This document shows positions 28,000 to 37,978 of a stretch of DNA of 57,021 nucleotides, one piece after another (within the stretch, counting starts at the first letter, position 1; every line of letters begins with the position of its first letter). Made by a program: the position numbers and the translations under genes. The DNA comes from Candidatus Saccharimonadota bacterium (GTDB lineage: Bacteria > Patescibacteriota > Saccharimonadia > Saccharimonadales > JACDBH01), in NCBI GenBank assembly GCA_013694995.1, contig JACDBH010000007.1:1-57021 (forward strand), read 5' to 3'. The notes under the pieces were generated by a model, which was not told where the DNA came from, made no database searches, and was given only the letters and a program-made list of their open reading frames with translations.

Positions 28000-28683
28000 C
28001 TACTCGGCCAAAGCACGTTTAAGACGGGAAAAAAAGCTTTTTTGACTAGGCCCATTGAGGCCGCTACAGGTTGCGGGATCCTGGTGTTTGTTTACTTCGA
28101 CGGCTGAGTCACTAACAGATTTATATTGGCTTGTTAAATCAGTACCGTTATCCCCGTATGAAATAAGTAATTGGTCGGTGTCAGCAATCACCCGCGTATC
28201 AATGCGGTCAACTTCTTGGCCATTAAGCATGAAGATGAGTTTTTTCATGTCGTTACTTTGATAGACACCATTACGGGTTTCAAGTACCTCGTCGCCAACT
28301 GTCCAGAAAACATTATGAAATAAGTCAGCGTATGTGACACGTTTGTCATGCACATGAATAACGTCACTGACTTCATCATGCATATGTACTCGACCTTTGG
28401 GATCGTTGCCGTATTCAGCTGAGCAAGCGGCGACTTCTTCATAATAAGTAACGTCTTTGAATTCTTCTCGTACTCCATCGATATAAACTGCAAAATTGGC
28501 ATGATAATGGGTTTCCTTAGATTGGACCAAGAAAAACCTTAAGCTGACCAGCCAGAGCAGGCCGATTATAAAACCTATGCCGAGTAGTGGAAGGTAGGGA
28601 GAGACACGTTTCCATATTGAACCTGAGTTTTGACGTAGCGGCTGCGTTACGGCACCCGCAGAAGTTCCTGTAGTTTTTTTCAT
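28000..28683 (-). CDS. Membrane-anchored His-rich hypothetical protein, possibly metal-binding
   Basis: N-terminal TM, HYHANF.VY..G, HMHD...IHVH, two Cys. Confidence 0.75.
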   Translation of the reverse strand: MKKTTGTSAGAVTQPLRQNSGSIWKRVSPYLPLLGIGFIIGLLWLVSLRFFLVQSKETHYHANFAVYIDGVREEFKDVTYYEEVAACSAEYGNDPKGRVHMHDEVSDVIHVHDKRVTYADLFHNVFWTVGDEVLETRNGVYQSNDMKKLIFMLNGQEVDRIDTRVIADTDQLLISYGDNGTDLTSQYKSVSDSAVEVNKHQDPATCSGLNGPSQKSFFSRLKRALAE

Positions 28684-28711
28684 ATCTCCTAGTGTAGCAA
28701 ATGCTATACTG

Positions 28712-28912
28712 ATGCTAATGCATTTATTCGCTCATAGTGGAGTTAACCACGCGACCCAAGAACAAGCAGTTCAGCATTCTGCTACTGTAACAATCCTTGT
28801 CGTACTGCTAGTTAGCATGGTGGCCATTACACTTATGGTTTTTGCGATTTACTTATTACAGAAGTTCACATCTTGGCGCTTACCTAGCCGGCACAAAAGG
28901 GTATATAAGTAA
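28712..28912 (+). CDS. Small single-TM protein
   Basis: FAHSGVNH followed by a TM segment; TAATG overlap with the glutaredoxin. Confidence 0.6.
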   Translation: MLMHLFAHSGVNHATQEQAVQHSATVTILVVLLVSMVAITLMVFAIYLLQKFTSWRLPSRHKRVYK

Positions 28913-29160
28913 TGGTTACAGTCTACAGTGCAACCTGGTGTGCGTTCTGTCATGCGGCCAAAGAGTACTTTGATAAACTCAGTGTCAAATATGAAGACCG
29001 GGATATCGAGGATAATCCGGCTTATGCCCATGAAGCGGTTGAAAAATCCGGCCAGATGGGTATTCCTGTGATTGACATTGACGGTACTATCATTATAGGT
29101 TTTGACCGCCCGCGCATCGACCAAGCATTAAAGGAAAAGAATTTAGTTCCTGGCAATTAA
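28912..29160 (+). CDS. NrdH-like glutaredoxin
   Basis: VYS..WCAFC, GQMGIPVI, GFD. Confidence 0.92.
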   Translation: MVTVYSATWCAFCHAAKEYFDKLSVKYEDRDIEDNPAYAHEAVEKSGQMGIPVIDIDGTIIIGFDRPRIDQALKEKNLVPGN

Positions 29161-29208
29161 GTGCTAAATATCACAGACAATTAAACTCCTCTGTTATACG
29201 CTTTAGAT

Positions 29209-29871
29209 ATGACCATAGATATGAGGGAGGAAATGGTGTGTTTTGAGGACGACCATTTGCCAATTGGTGCATATGAAATAAGACGTCCGTCTCGTCATGT
29301 GCCGGTTCCTGGCTTCAGCAATGAAGTTAAGTTTATGCCTGTCAATGGCCGCACTATGCATGTATATGCAGAAACAGATATAATCACAGAAAATACCGAA
29401 ACTGAGGTGGATTACGGATATTATCCTGATATGAATTTTTCCTTTGACGACAAGAAAATTCTTGGAAGCGATATGATACCTGCAACAGAAATTACCCGTC
29501 TCAGAAGCATGTACATAAGCCTGCGCAGCGGATGGGAAGGTTATGGCGGCCTAAATATGGATTCCGCAAAAGCCATACATACTAAGGTCAAAGCCCTTTC
29601 CTCCGGCACGATAAAAATTGGCCATACTAACATAGTTAGAAAAGACTTATTGCCACTAAGTAATGCAGTTGAAATGCTCTATAGCAGTTTTGCTGTAAGC
29701 AATCATCCTACTTGGCAGGCACTCAGGACTTTTGAAAAACAGTTTACGAATATTGGCCCTGGTATACATAGGCGGCTCCGCGAACTTGTTATCACCGGTA
29801 TACATTTCTCTGAAATAAAGTCTATTTATGCAGCATGCTTTGAGCAACTAAAAAAACAATCCACGCCTTAG
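29209..29871 (+). CDS. Hypothetical protein
   Basis: 220-aa ORF; no motif recognised. Confidence 0.7.
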   Translation: MTIDMREEMVCFEDDHLPIGAYEIRRPSRHVPVPGFSNEVKFMPVNGRTMHVYAETDIITENTETEVDYGYYPDMNFSFDDKKILGSDMIPATEITRLRSMYISLRSGWEGYGGLNMDSAKAIHTKVKALSSGTIKIGHTNIVRKDLLPLSNAVEMLYSSFAVSNHPTWQALRTFEKQFTNIGPGIHRRLRELVITGIHFSEIKSIYAACFEQLKKQSTP

Positions 29872-29898
29872 CCGACAGTATCCGCTATACTTCAATTT

Positions 29899-30468
29899 AT
29901 GGCTTTTGAGGATTATAAGATTAAAAAATCTGTTGTAATTGTCTATACCGGTGAAGGGAAGGGAAAGACCTCGGCCGCGGTCGGCTTGATGGTACGCGCA
30001 CTTGGTGCGGACTGGAGGGTGGCATTCTTTCAGTTCATCAAACACTGGCAAGTCAGTGAGCATGATTTTATAGAAAAAATCCAGCCACTGTATGAAGATA
30101 AATTGTTGTTTCATAAAGGCGGCAAAGGTTTTTATAACGCAGGGGAAATCAGCGAAAAAAACGTATCGGAAGCGGAACATAAGCAAGCCGCTAATAACAC
30201 CTACCATGTGGCATTAAACGCGGTGACAAACGGCAAGTACGATCTGGTTATCTGCGATGAAATCAATAATGCTGTACAGGACGGGTTACTCAGCAAAAAA
30301 CAGTTAAAAGATTTAATTGTTTCGCGCACAGCTAATACCAGTTTGTGCCTAACTGGGCGTGATTTTCCTGAAGAATTATTAGATAATGTAGACATCGCAA
30401 CCCACATGAGCAAAATCAAACACCATTTCGACGATAAATTCCTGGCCAATAAGGGTATTGATTTCTAA
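29899..30468 (+). CDS. btuR: Cob(I)alamin adenosyltransferase (CobA/CobO/BtuR type)
   Basis: YTGEGKGKTSAA.G...RA.G, QFIK, DEI, LTGR, KH.F.......GIDF. Confidence 0.93.
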   Translation: MAFEDYKIKKSVVIVYTGEGKGKTSAAVGLMVRALGADWRVAFFQFIKHWQVSEHDFIEKIQPLYEDKLLFHKGGKGFYNAGEISEKNVSEAEHKQAANNTYHVALNAVTNGKYDLVICDEINNAVQDGLLSKKQLKDLIVSRTANTSLCLTGRDFPEELLDNVDIATHMSKIKHHFDDKFLANKGIDF

Positions 30469-31466
30469 TGTTAGCTAGCACAGCAAGCAACGAAATATTG
30501 GAGCTCAGCATCCAGGTATCATGGTGGCACTGGGCACTTCTGGGTGGTTGGTTCTTATTCCTGATCCTTTTTGACATTCTAGTAGTTCACCGCAAAGACC
30601 ACGCACCTTCACTTCGCGGCTCAGCCATACAAAGTTCTATTTGGATAGCGTTAGGAATTGGGTTAGGTGCAGTCGTTTGGGCGGCTTACGGTGCTGAAGC
30701 GGGCGGGCAGTATTTCAATGGTTACTTGATTGAAAAGTCCTTGTCTGTCGATAACGTTTTTGCTTGGTCGGTCATCTTAGGGTATTTTAAAATTCCTAAA
30801 AAGTATCAACACCGGGTACTTTTCTGGGGTATTTTCGGGGCAATCGTTCTGCGTACGATATTTGTTTTCGCAGGTATTGCCATCATAGAGCGTTTTGAGC
30901 CCATTCTTCTTGTGTTTGGATTAATTCTTGTTTATAGCGGTTATAAACTGCTTAAAACCCACAAGGAAGACGAGTTTAATCCGGCAAACAGCAGGCTTTT
31001 TAAAATAGTACGTAAGTTTATACCCGTCAGCCACAATCTAGATGGCCATAAATTATTTACTGTCGAAAACGGCAAGCGCGTGGTAACAGTACTATTTATG
31101 GCTCTACTGGTTATTGAAACTTCTGATGTCGTTTTTGCTGTAGACTCCGTACCCGCTATCTTGGCTGTATCCCGCACACCATTCATTATTATCGCCAGCA
31201 ATGCCGCGGCAATACTCGGTATGCGAGCACTCTATTTTGTATTTGAGTTTATTAAGGATAAATTCTGGCTGCTCAACCATGCACTTGGCGTCCTATTGTT
31301 GTTCGTCGGCGTCAAGATGTTGATTGCACCAGATAAAATACTTGGCTTTAACTGGTTCGGTATCCACCTACCAACTTTGGTTTCGCTTGGAGTTATAACT
31401 ACTCTAATCAGCGGAGCGATCATCGGCTCGCTTGTCCTACCCAGAAAAGTATCTTCGAAGCCTTAG
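30468..31466 (+). CDS. TerC/Alx-family membrane metal homeostasis protein
   Basis: EKSLSVDN, QHRVLFWG, D..FAVDSVPA, SN..AILG.RALYF. Confidence 0.93.
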   Translation: MLASTASNEILELSIQVSWWHWALLGGWFLFLILFDILVVHRKDHAPSLRGSAIQSSIWIALGIGLGAVVWAAYGAEAGGQYFNGYLIEKSLSVDNVFAWSVILGYFKIPKKYQHRVLFWGIFGAIVLRTIFVFAGIAIIERFEPILLVFGLILVYSGYKLLKTHKEDEFNPANSRLFKIVRKFIPVSHNLDGHKLFTVENGKRVVTVLFMALLVIETSDVVFAVDSVPAILAVSRTPFIIIASNAAAILGMRALYFVFEFIKDKFWLLNHALGVLLLFVGVKMLIAPDKILGFNWFGIHLPTLVSLGVITTLISGAIIGSLVLPRKVSSKP

Positions 31467-31492
31467 GCCCCAAATAGTATACTAATCGTATA

Positions 31493-32089
31493 ATGAGAAG
31501 CCTGCTTACTCGACGCCAAAAGCGGAAACTACTAATAACAACTCTTACGCTGTTATTCGCGCTAGTTTTTTATGCCCTTGAAAGAGCGGGCTGGCTGCAA
31601 CCAGCGGCAAGCCCAGTCCAACATCTACAACCAGGCCAGTATGCTGTGGTTAATGTAGCGGACGGAGATACGATTGAAATCGACATGAATGGGGTTAGGG
31701 AAAGAGTGCGCTTTATCGGTGTTGATACTCCAGAAACACAGGATCCGCGAACCAGCGTACAGTGCTTCGGCCAGGCGGCTAGCGCCTATACCAAAGAGCT
31801 ACTAGGCACCAGCCCGGTGAGGCTAGAAGCCGATCCGACCAATACCAACCGCGACCGTTATAACCGGCTACTTCGTTATGTTTATTTGCCAGATGGGAGG
31901 CTTATTAATGCCGAAATAATCAAGGCGGGGTACGGATTTGCTTATGTATTATTCCCATTTGAAAAACTTGAAGAATTCAGGAGTTATGAAGATGCAGCCA
32001 GGGCAGAAAACAAAGGCCTGTGGGGCAGCTGTAGCATCCAAGAAGATAATGATAAAAAGACCACAGATCCTGCTACGCTTACCGATTAG
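31493..32089 (+). CDS. Thermonuclease (SNase family), membrane-anchored
   Basis: DGDT, VR.IGVDTPE, DRY.RLLRY, A....GLW. Confidence 0.93.
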   Translation: MRSLLTRRQKRKLLITTLTLLFALVFYALERAGWLQPAASPVQHLQPGQYAVVNVADGDTIEIDMNGVRERVRFIGVDTPETQDPRTSVQCFGQAASAYTKELLGTSPVRLEADPTNTNRDRYNRLLRYVYLPDGRLINAEIIKAGYGFAYVLFPFEKLEEFRSYEDAARAENKGLWGSCSIQEDNDKKTTDPATLTD

Positions 32090-32870
32090 ATCCTTGAAAC
32101 CAACGTATAGTGCGGTCGAGCATTGCAAACGGAAAAATCAGCACCATGGTAGAACGTACAAGAAAAAATATTATAGTTCGAAGCGGATGGGCGTATAGCC
32201 AAAAGGTCCTGACTGCACGAAAGTGATATTCAATCTGGGCAAGTAAAGACTTGTGTGCCGAACGGAACGAGCAGCTTACTATAAGGCTAGGTAGGAATTT
32301 GATCCTACCTAGAGGTGCCAGCAAGAACGACATCTCATAATCTTCCCAGAAATTGTAACGATATGCCATTAAATTATCGATTTTAAGCCAGGCAGATCTA
32401 CGTATTGCGCAGTTAGCGCCCCATAACATCGGATGGCCTGCAATCCAGCGGCTGCCATAAACATGATAGACACGGAATACTATCTCGGCGATTTCTTTCA
32501 ACGGGATGTCGTAAGGCTCAGCATCCCCCGTTACCGCAACTAAATACGAGTCAGATTCAAATTCTTTAATAACTTTTTCAACCCAGTCCGGAGGTAAAAG
32601 AGTATCAGCGTCAATTCTGCCTAAAATGTCTGATTTTGCCGCGTTGAAACCAATTCTTTGAGCGAATACCTGTCCTTGTTGTTTTTCACGCAATATTTTG
32701 ACAAACGAATATTTTGACGCAATTTTAACGGTTGTATCTGTTGAGTTATTATCAACTACAAAAACTTCCTTAGGTGCTACGGTTTGCAAAGCAATAGCAT
32801 CAAGGCATGCTTTAATATGGAATTCTTCGTTGTAAGCTGGTATAACTATAGATAGCATAAGCGCATTCAT
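32079..32870 (-). CDS. Glycosyltransferase family 2
   Basis: IVIPAYNEE, VVDNNSTD, IDAD, GANCA, ED. Confidence 0.92.
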   Translation of the reverse strand: MNALMLSIVIPAYNEEFHIKACLDAIALQTVAPKEVFVVDNNSTDTTVKIASKYSFVKILREKQQGQVFAQRIGFNAAKSDILGRIDADTLLPPDWVEKVIKEFESDSYLVAVTGDAEPYDIPLKEIAEIVFRVYHVYGSRWIAGHPMLWGANCAIRRSAWLKIDNLMAYRYNFWEDYEMSFLLAPLGRIKFLPSLIVSCSFRSAHKSLLAQIEYHFRAVRTFWLYAHPLRTIIFFLVRSTMVLIFPFAMLDRTIRWFQGSNR

Positions 32871-32891
32871 AAAGCCTGAAAAGATACTATC

Positions 32892-34052
32892 ATGCCATTA
32901 AAGAAAAAACGTTTAAAAAAATCACCCTCGACGCTTAAAAAACCGCTCAAAGGGGCGGGTTTTTGGCAAGTATTCTGGTACAAGTTGACAGCGTGGTCAA
33001 TTAGACACAAATTTTGGCAGCGGCTCGGACTGGGGTTACTAGCTTTTATTATTATCTCAACTGCAAGTATGTACGGTATCGCCCAGTGGTACATCAACAA
33101 GAATAAAAATATACCCCTCATGGTCGGCGCTACATTTATCCCAAACTATGCTAGGTATTTTGATCTCAATGCTCAGGAAACCATGACGGCCATTGTAGAT
33201 GATTTAGGTATTAAACGGTTGCGCCTGGTTAGTTACTGGAGCGATATCGAAAAGGACGAAGGCACGTACAACTTTGACGAATTGGATTGGCAAATGCGCA
33301 TGGCTGAAGAAAAGGGTGTTCAGGTGGCACTTGCTGTTGGTTTGCGACAGCCACGCTGGCCTGAGTGCCATATGCCTTCGTGGGCGCAGCAAAAAATTGG
33401 CAACGACTGGTATAAACCGCTTGAGAATTTTATTGCAGCAACTGTTAACCGTTACAAAGACAGTTCTGCGCTTGAGAGCTATCAGTTAGAAAATGAGTTT
33501 TTTCTAACAGCCTTTGGTATATGCCATGATTTCAATCGTGACCGTTTGGTATCCGAATACAACCTCGTTAAATCTCTGGATACAAATACGCCAGTAGTCG
33601 TAACGATGAGTAATAACGCTATCGGCACACCTATCGGCCAACCAAAACCCGATAAATGGGCAATATCGGTCTATAAACGAGTGTGGGATAAAACTATTTC
33701 TCGCCGTTATTTTGAATATCCAATTCCCGCCTGGTACTACGCTTTCCGCGCCGGCTTTACTGAAGTTACTAGAGGCAGGGAAGTATTTATGCACGAACTT
33801 CAAACCGAAGCCTGGACGCCAGACACATTCGGTGGCACCAAGGAAACCCCATTAGCTGAGCAAAATAAATCACTCGATCCTGGTCGTCTTATTGCCCGGC
33901 TTGAATATGGTCAAGCAACTGGTATGAAAACCATGGATATGTGGGGAGTCGAGTGGTGGTATTGGCGCAAAGTCAAACACAACGACTCAGCCCTATGGGA
34001 TACCGCAAAACAAGAATTACGAAAAATTGAAGAAGAAAACGCTAAGTTGTAA
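32892..34052 (+). CDS. Membrane-anchored clan GH-A glycoside hydrolase (GH42/GH5-like)
   Basis: RL..YW..IE..EG.YNF..LD, G.RQPRWPECH.P.W, acid/base ENE, nucleophile ELQ. Confidence 0.8.
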   Translation: MPLKKKRLKKSPSTLKKPLKGAGFWQVFWYKLTAWSIRHKFWQRLGLGLLAFIIISTASMYGIAQWYINKNKNIPLMVGATFIPNYARYFDLNAQETMTAIVDDLGIKRLRLVSYWSDIEKDEGTYNFDELDWQMRMAEEKGVQVALAVGLRQPRWPECHMPSWAQQKIGNDWYKPLENFIAATVNRYKDSSALESYQLENEFFLTAFGICHDFNRDRLVSEYNLVKSLDTNTPVVVTMSNNAIGTPIGQPKPDKWAISVYKRVWDKTISRRYFEYPIPAWYYAFRAGFTEVTRGREVFMHELQTEAWTPDTFGGTKETPLAEQNKSLDPGRLIARLEYGQATGMKTMDMWGVEWWYWRKVKHNDSALWDTAKQELRKIEEENAKL

Positions 34053-34078
34053 TTGATAGCAAATCAAACAAGAACTAA

Positions 34079-34759
34079 TTACACTATTTCGTCAAGTATT
34101 TCATAAATCTGACGAACAGCTTCTCGAGGGTGTAGCAATGGCTGATTATGGTAACCGGGGAGCATCTTTGCTGAAATGCCATGTGATGTCGCATACGTAA
34201 CTGTCTCGTCGCTTCCAAAACCAAATTCATCCATATCGGTTGGTAAGTATAACCTTCCACCAGGAAAAGCTTCTTTGCCTCCGTCTATAAGCATTTGCGA
34301 AGTAGAAAATTTACGGACCATAAAAGGTACTTTAAGCGTTGAAGGATGACGCATTACTTCTTTAAAACCATTAGTAAGCCCTGTTTTAGGAATATGTTCA
34401 TCCCGGCCGATTTCTGAGTTAGTCCCAACTTTAACTGCGCCGCGTATGGTCTTAAATAGCGGAGTAGGCTCCACGCCGTTTAGAGCAACGATTATGCCGG
34501 CCTTTCTAATTACCATGTTTGCTGCTGAATGCGCAAAGATTATACGGCGCGCTGCTTCTTTGTTCAATTTATCTATATCTTTAAAACCTTCAGCTATAGT
34601 TATAGACTCCGCTTCATCAACTAAGCTATGAGGTCCATCGCAAATTTCGTTCGTAAAGCCTTCTAGGAATGTGTGGTCTTCACTAAATCCACCAATAACA
34701 AATGCTTTTGATACTTCGCTCACGGTAGCTCCTTTATTAAATACATTATAGCATATCAA
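34079..34759 (-). CDS. Hypothetical protein with a possible alpha/beta-hydrolase fold
   Basis: IGGF, AHSAA nucleophile-elbow-like motif, late D and GYH. The true start may be the downstream GTG (VSEV). Confidence 0.6.
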   Translation of the reverse strand: MICYNVFNKGATVSEVSKAFVIGGFSEDHTFLEGFTNEICDGPHSLVDEAESITIAEGFKDIDKLNKEAARRIIFAHSAANMVIRKAGIIVALNGVEPTPLFKTIRGAVKVGTNSEIGRDEHIPKTGLTNGFKEVMRHPSTLKVPFMVRKFSTSQMLIDGGKEAFPGGRLYLPTDMDEFGFGSDETVTYATSHGISAKMLPGYHNQPLLHPREAVRQIYEILDEIV

Positions 34760-34805
34760 TTAATAGTTGTCAATGCTTATGCTGTTGAGTACAATAGGAT
34801 ATGTA

Positions 34806-35270
34806 ATGAATAAGAAAAAACAACCCACCGGTGTTATTTCGAATAAGCGGGCAAGATTTGATTTTGATCTCAAAGAACCGCTGACTGCTGGTATTGTCTT
34901 AAATGGTCCAGAAACACGCAGCCTGCGCTCTTTACACGGCAGCTTGCAAGGTGCCTTTGTTCAGATAATAAGAGGTGAGGCCTGGCTCATGAACTGTCTA
35001 GTTACGCCACTCAAGACCAATGCCGCGCATTTGCCGTCTGAAATGCAGAACCGCAACCGGAAGCTACTGCTTAAACAACGGGAGTTGGATGATCTTATAG
35101 AAGCCAAACAACAGGGCAATACCATCGTACCGCTTAGACTTCTCACCAGGGGCAGGTTTATTAAGGTTGAGATCGCAGTTGGCCGCGGTAAAAAGCAGTA
35201 TGATAAGCGCCAGACAATAAAAAAACGTGACGAGAATCGAAATACTGCCCGAGAGCTTAAGAACCGTTAG
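34806..35270 (+). CDS. smpB: SsrA-binding protein
   Basis: NKRARFD, AGIVL.G.E..SLR, RNRKLLL, GRGKKQYDKR; start moved to ATG 34806. Confidence 0.96.
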   Translation: MNKKKQPTGVISNKRARFDFDLKEPLTAGIVLNGPETRSLRSLHGSLQGAFVQIIRGEAWLMNCLVTPLKTNAAHLPSEMQNRNRKLLLKQRELDDLIEAKQQGNTIVPLRLLTRGRFIKVEIAVGRGKKQYDKRQTIKKRDENRNTARELKNR

Positions 35271-35974
35271 CTAATTTTGGTACCCACGGCTTCGCCGGCT
35301 GCAAGACGCTTTAGATTACCTGGCTCCATGATATCGAATACAATCACCGGCATGCCGTGCTCCATGGCTAGCCCCAATGCCGCTTTATCCATAACTTTGA
35401 TGTGCGGATTTTCTACTGCCGTCTGGTAATCAAGACTATTAAAACGTTTCGCATCCGTATGTTTAATCGGGTCTTTGTCATATACTCCATCGACTTTGGT
35501 CGCCTTAAGTGTTACGTTGCAATCTAGCTCTAATGCCACATTCACAGCAGCGACATCATGCGTAAAATATGGCCGGCCCAAACCTCCAGCTACGATTACA
35601 ACCCGGCTTTGTTCCAGATGCTTATCGGCCCGCCTAAAAGAATATGCTTCGGCAACCTGGTCTGTGAATAAATTGCTGAGACATCGCGTCACAATCCCTC
35701 TAGCTTCAAATATATCAGTTAGAGCTATTGCATTCATTAGCCCCGATAACATCCCCATGTGGTCGGCGGTTACCCGCCGGATACCGTGGCCGGCAACTTC
35801 AGCGCCGCGTACCATATTACCGCCACCCACAACCACTACAAACTCGGTGCCTGCTTGTTTGGCATCGATTATCTCCTGCGCGACATAACTAGCGATTTCA
35901 GGGTCAATCCCTACTTCGAATTTTCCCGATAATTGCTCACCGGAGAGTTTTAAGAGTATCCGCTTATAAGACAT
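35267..35974 (-). CDS. pyrH: UMP kinase
   Basis: RILLKLSGE, GGGN..RG, DHMGM, PYFT.D, VDGVY..DP, VMD; start moved to ATG 35974. Confidence 0.96.
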   Translation of the reverse strand: MSYKRILLKLSGEQLSGKFEVGIDPEIASYVAQEIIDAKQAGTEFVVVVGGGNMVRGAEVAGHGIRRVTADHMGMLSGLMNAIALTDIFEARGIVTRCLSNLFTDQVAEAYSFRRADKHLEQSRVVIVAGGLGRPYFTHDVAAVNVALELDCNVTLKATKVDGVYDKDPIKHTDAKRFNSLDYQTAVENPHIKVMDKAALGLAMEHGMPVIVFDIMEPGNLKRLAAGEAVGTKIS

Positions 35975-36048
35975 TGCAGATAAGTCTAGCATACTGCGAA
36001 TAGCTCGGGCGTTTAGTTTTATAGTAATAATCTTTATACTAAAACCTA

Positions 36049-36846
36049 ATGAAGATATATTCGTGGAATGTTAATGGGATACGAGCTGTCGTTAGTAAGG
36101 GCACCTTTCAGAAATTCATGGCCGAGCATGACCCTGATATTTTGTGTTTGCAGGAGACTAAGGCGATGCAAGGGCAGGCTGTAATTAATCTGCCAAATTA
36201 TAAAGAATATTGGAATTCGGCCGAGAAAAAAGGATACTCCGGTACTGCTATTTTTAGCAAGAACGAACCTTTATCGGTTGATTACGGCTTGCCACTCAAG
36301 ATTGCCAAACAGTTTGGGCTTACGAATGACGATTATGGTGACCCAAACAAGGAAGGTAGGATTATCACTTCGGAGTATGACGAATTTTATTTAGTTACGG
36401 TCTACACCCCAAACTCAAAAGAAGATTTATCACGGCTCAGCCTCAGGCATAAAAACTGGGACCCGGCCTTTCTGACCTACTGCAAGATACTCGAACAGCA
36501 CAAGCCGGTGATTTTTTGTGGAGATTTAAATGTTGCACATTCCGAGGATGACTTAGCTAACCCCAAGCCAAACATCGGCAAACACGGTTTTACGGACGAA
36601 GAGCGAGAAGGTTTTGAAAAGTTTATTGATGCAGGGTTTATTGATACTTTCCGTCTATTTACTCAAGGAAATGGACACTATACTTGGTGGACCCACTGGG
36701 CCAATGCCCGCTCACGTAACGTTGGCTGGCGGATAGATTACTTTCTGGTTTCCGAGGCTTTAAAAGATAGAGTGATGGGTGCTGAAATTCATTCTAAAAT
36801 TATGGGCTCAGACCATTGTCCCGTCAGCATCGAATTAGATGTTTAA
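36049..36846 (+). CDS. xth: Exodeoxyribonuclease III / AP endonuclease
   Basis: SWNVNGIRA, LQETK, GYSG, GDLNVAH, GWRIDY, SDHCP. Confidence 0.96.
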   Translation: MKIYSWNVNGIRAVVSKGTFQKFMAEHDPDILCLQETKAMQGQAVINLPNYKEYWNSAEKKGYSGTAIFSKNEPLSVDYGLPLKIAKQFGLTNDDYGDPNKEGRIITSEYDEFYLVTVYTPNSKEDLSRLSLRHKNWDPAFLTYCKILEQHKPVIFCGDLNVAHSEDDLANPKPNIGKHGFTDEEREGFEKFIDAGFIDTFRLFTQGNGHYTWWTHWANARSRNVGWRIDYFLVSEALKDRVMGAEIHSKIMGSDHCPVSIELDV

Positions 36847-36880
36847 ATAAGTACATCGTCTTCAATGATAAGATGTGGGT

Positions 36881-37681
36881 ATGGTTCCTGAGTATTGGCA
36901 AAAACAAACCAAAGATACACCTTTATTTCCTGATCTGCTGTGGAGCAGGCCCGAAAACCGGGCGGGAGCGGGCAAGCTGCTCATCGCTGGAGGCAATAGC
37001 ATGGGTTTCGCAGCGGTTGGTGAAGCTTATTCGTGCGCGGTAAAAAGTGGAGCAGGGATTATACGCGCCATATTACCAAACTCTATTAGAACACATTTTC
37101 CTCGTTTCCAAGACCAGGTCTTGGAAATAGAGTTTGCTCCAAGCACGCCAAGTGGAAGCTTTGCTAAATCCGCCCAATCCGAGTTGCTTAATCACAGCGC
37201 ATGGGCTGATATGGTGCTACTGGCCGGAGATGTAGGACGTAACAGCGAAACGTCCGTGATGCTAGAGGGATATTTACAGAAATACCTAGGGCCAGTAACG
37301 ATTACGAAAGACGTGGTTGATTATTTTTACAGCTTGCCTGAGTTACTCGCCAACCGACCAAAGACAACGCTTGTACTTAGCATGGCACAGCTACAGAAGC
37401 TCGGTACTGCTCTGAAGTTTGAAACGCCTTTTTTGCTAAGTATGGGTATGCTGATGTTGTCGCAGGCTCTTCACAAATTTACAGAGCGTTACCCGGTAGT
37501 TATTATTACCAAAGAACTGGACAATCTAGTCGTAGCTTACGAAGGCAAGGTAAGCTCAACCAAATTACAAAAAGAAGAAGATATCTGGCGGGTAGGTACG
37601 GCGGCAGCGGCGGCAGTCTTTTGGATGCAGAATCCGCATAAACCTTTTGAAGCCATAACCACGTCCCTAGTGGCAGAATAA
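36881..37681 (+). CDS. YjeF C-terminal / NnrD-like protein (divergent)
   Basis: R.....GKLLI.GG...GFAA...A...A...GAG..R N-terminal pattern; the C-terminal GxGD motif is not recognisable. Confidence 0.7.
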   Translation: MVPEYWQKQTKDTPLFPDLLWSRPENRAGAGKLLIAGGNSMGFAAVGEAYSCAVKSGAGIIRAILPNSIRTHFPRFQDQVLEIEFAPSTPSGSFAKSAQSELLNHSAWADMVLLAGDVGRNSETSVMLEGYLQKYLGPVTITKDVVDYFYSLPELLANRPKTTLVLSMAQLQKLGTALKFETPFLLSMGMLMLSQALHKFTERYPVVIITKELDNLVVAYEGKVSSTKLQKEEDIWRVGTAAAAAVFWMQNPHKPFEAITTSLVAE

Positions 37682-37691
37682 GATATTTAAT

Positions 37692-37777
37692 TGGTGGGCG
37701 AGGTGGGACTTGAACCCACACGAGCTAATGCTCACAAGATTTTGAGTCTAGCGTGTATACCATTTCACCACTCGCCC
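37692..37777 (-). tRNA. tRNA-Leu(CAA)
   Basis: Cloverleaf GGGCGAG...CTCGCCC-ACCA, anticodon loop CT-CAA-AA, long variable arm, GGTTCAAGTCC. Confidence 0.95.
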
Positions 37778-37978
37778 TACGTCGCAACAAGACTGTTTAG
37801 TTCGTTATTGAAATCTATTCCAAAACTTCACTTTTTGGTCGGTTGCTCCTCTCAGTTGCCCAAACATAATAATTCCTTAATTTGGTCAACTGGCAAAACA
37901 ACAGACATTAATATAAACCGCGTATAATAACAGAGTGAATTATACTATAATACTCTAGTAAGCCGCTAGCATAAGCAA

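Noticed and set aside
37506-37927. ORFs 37506-37721 and 37691-37927
   Set aside because: Artefacts of translating tRNA-Leu
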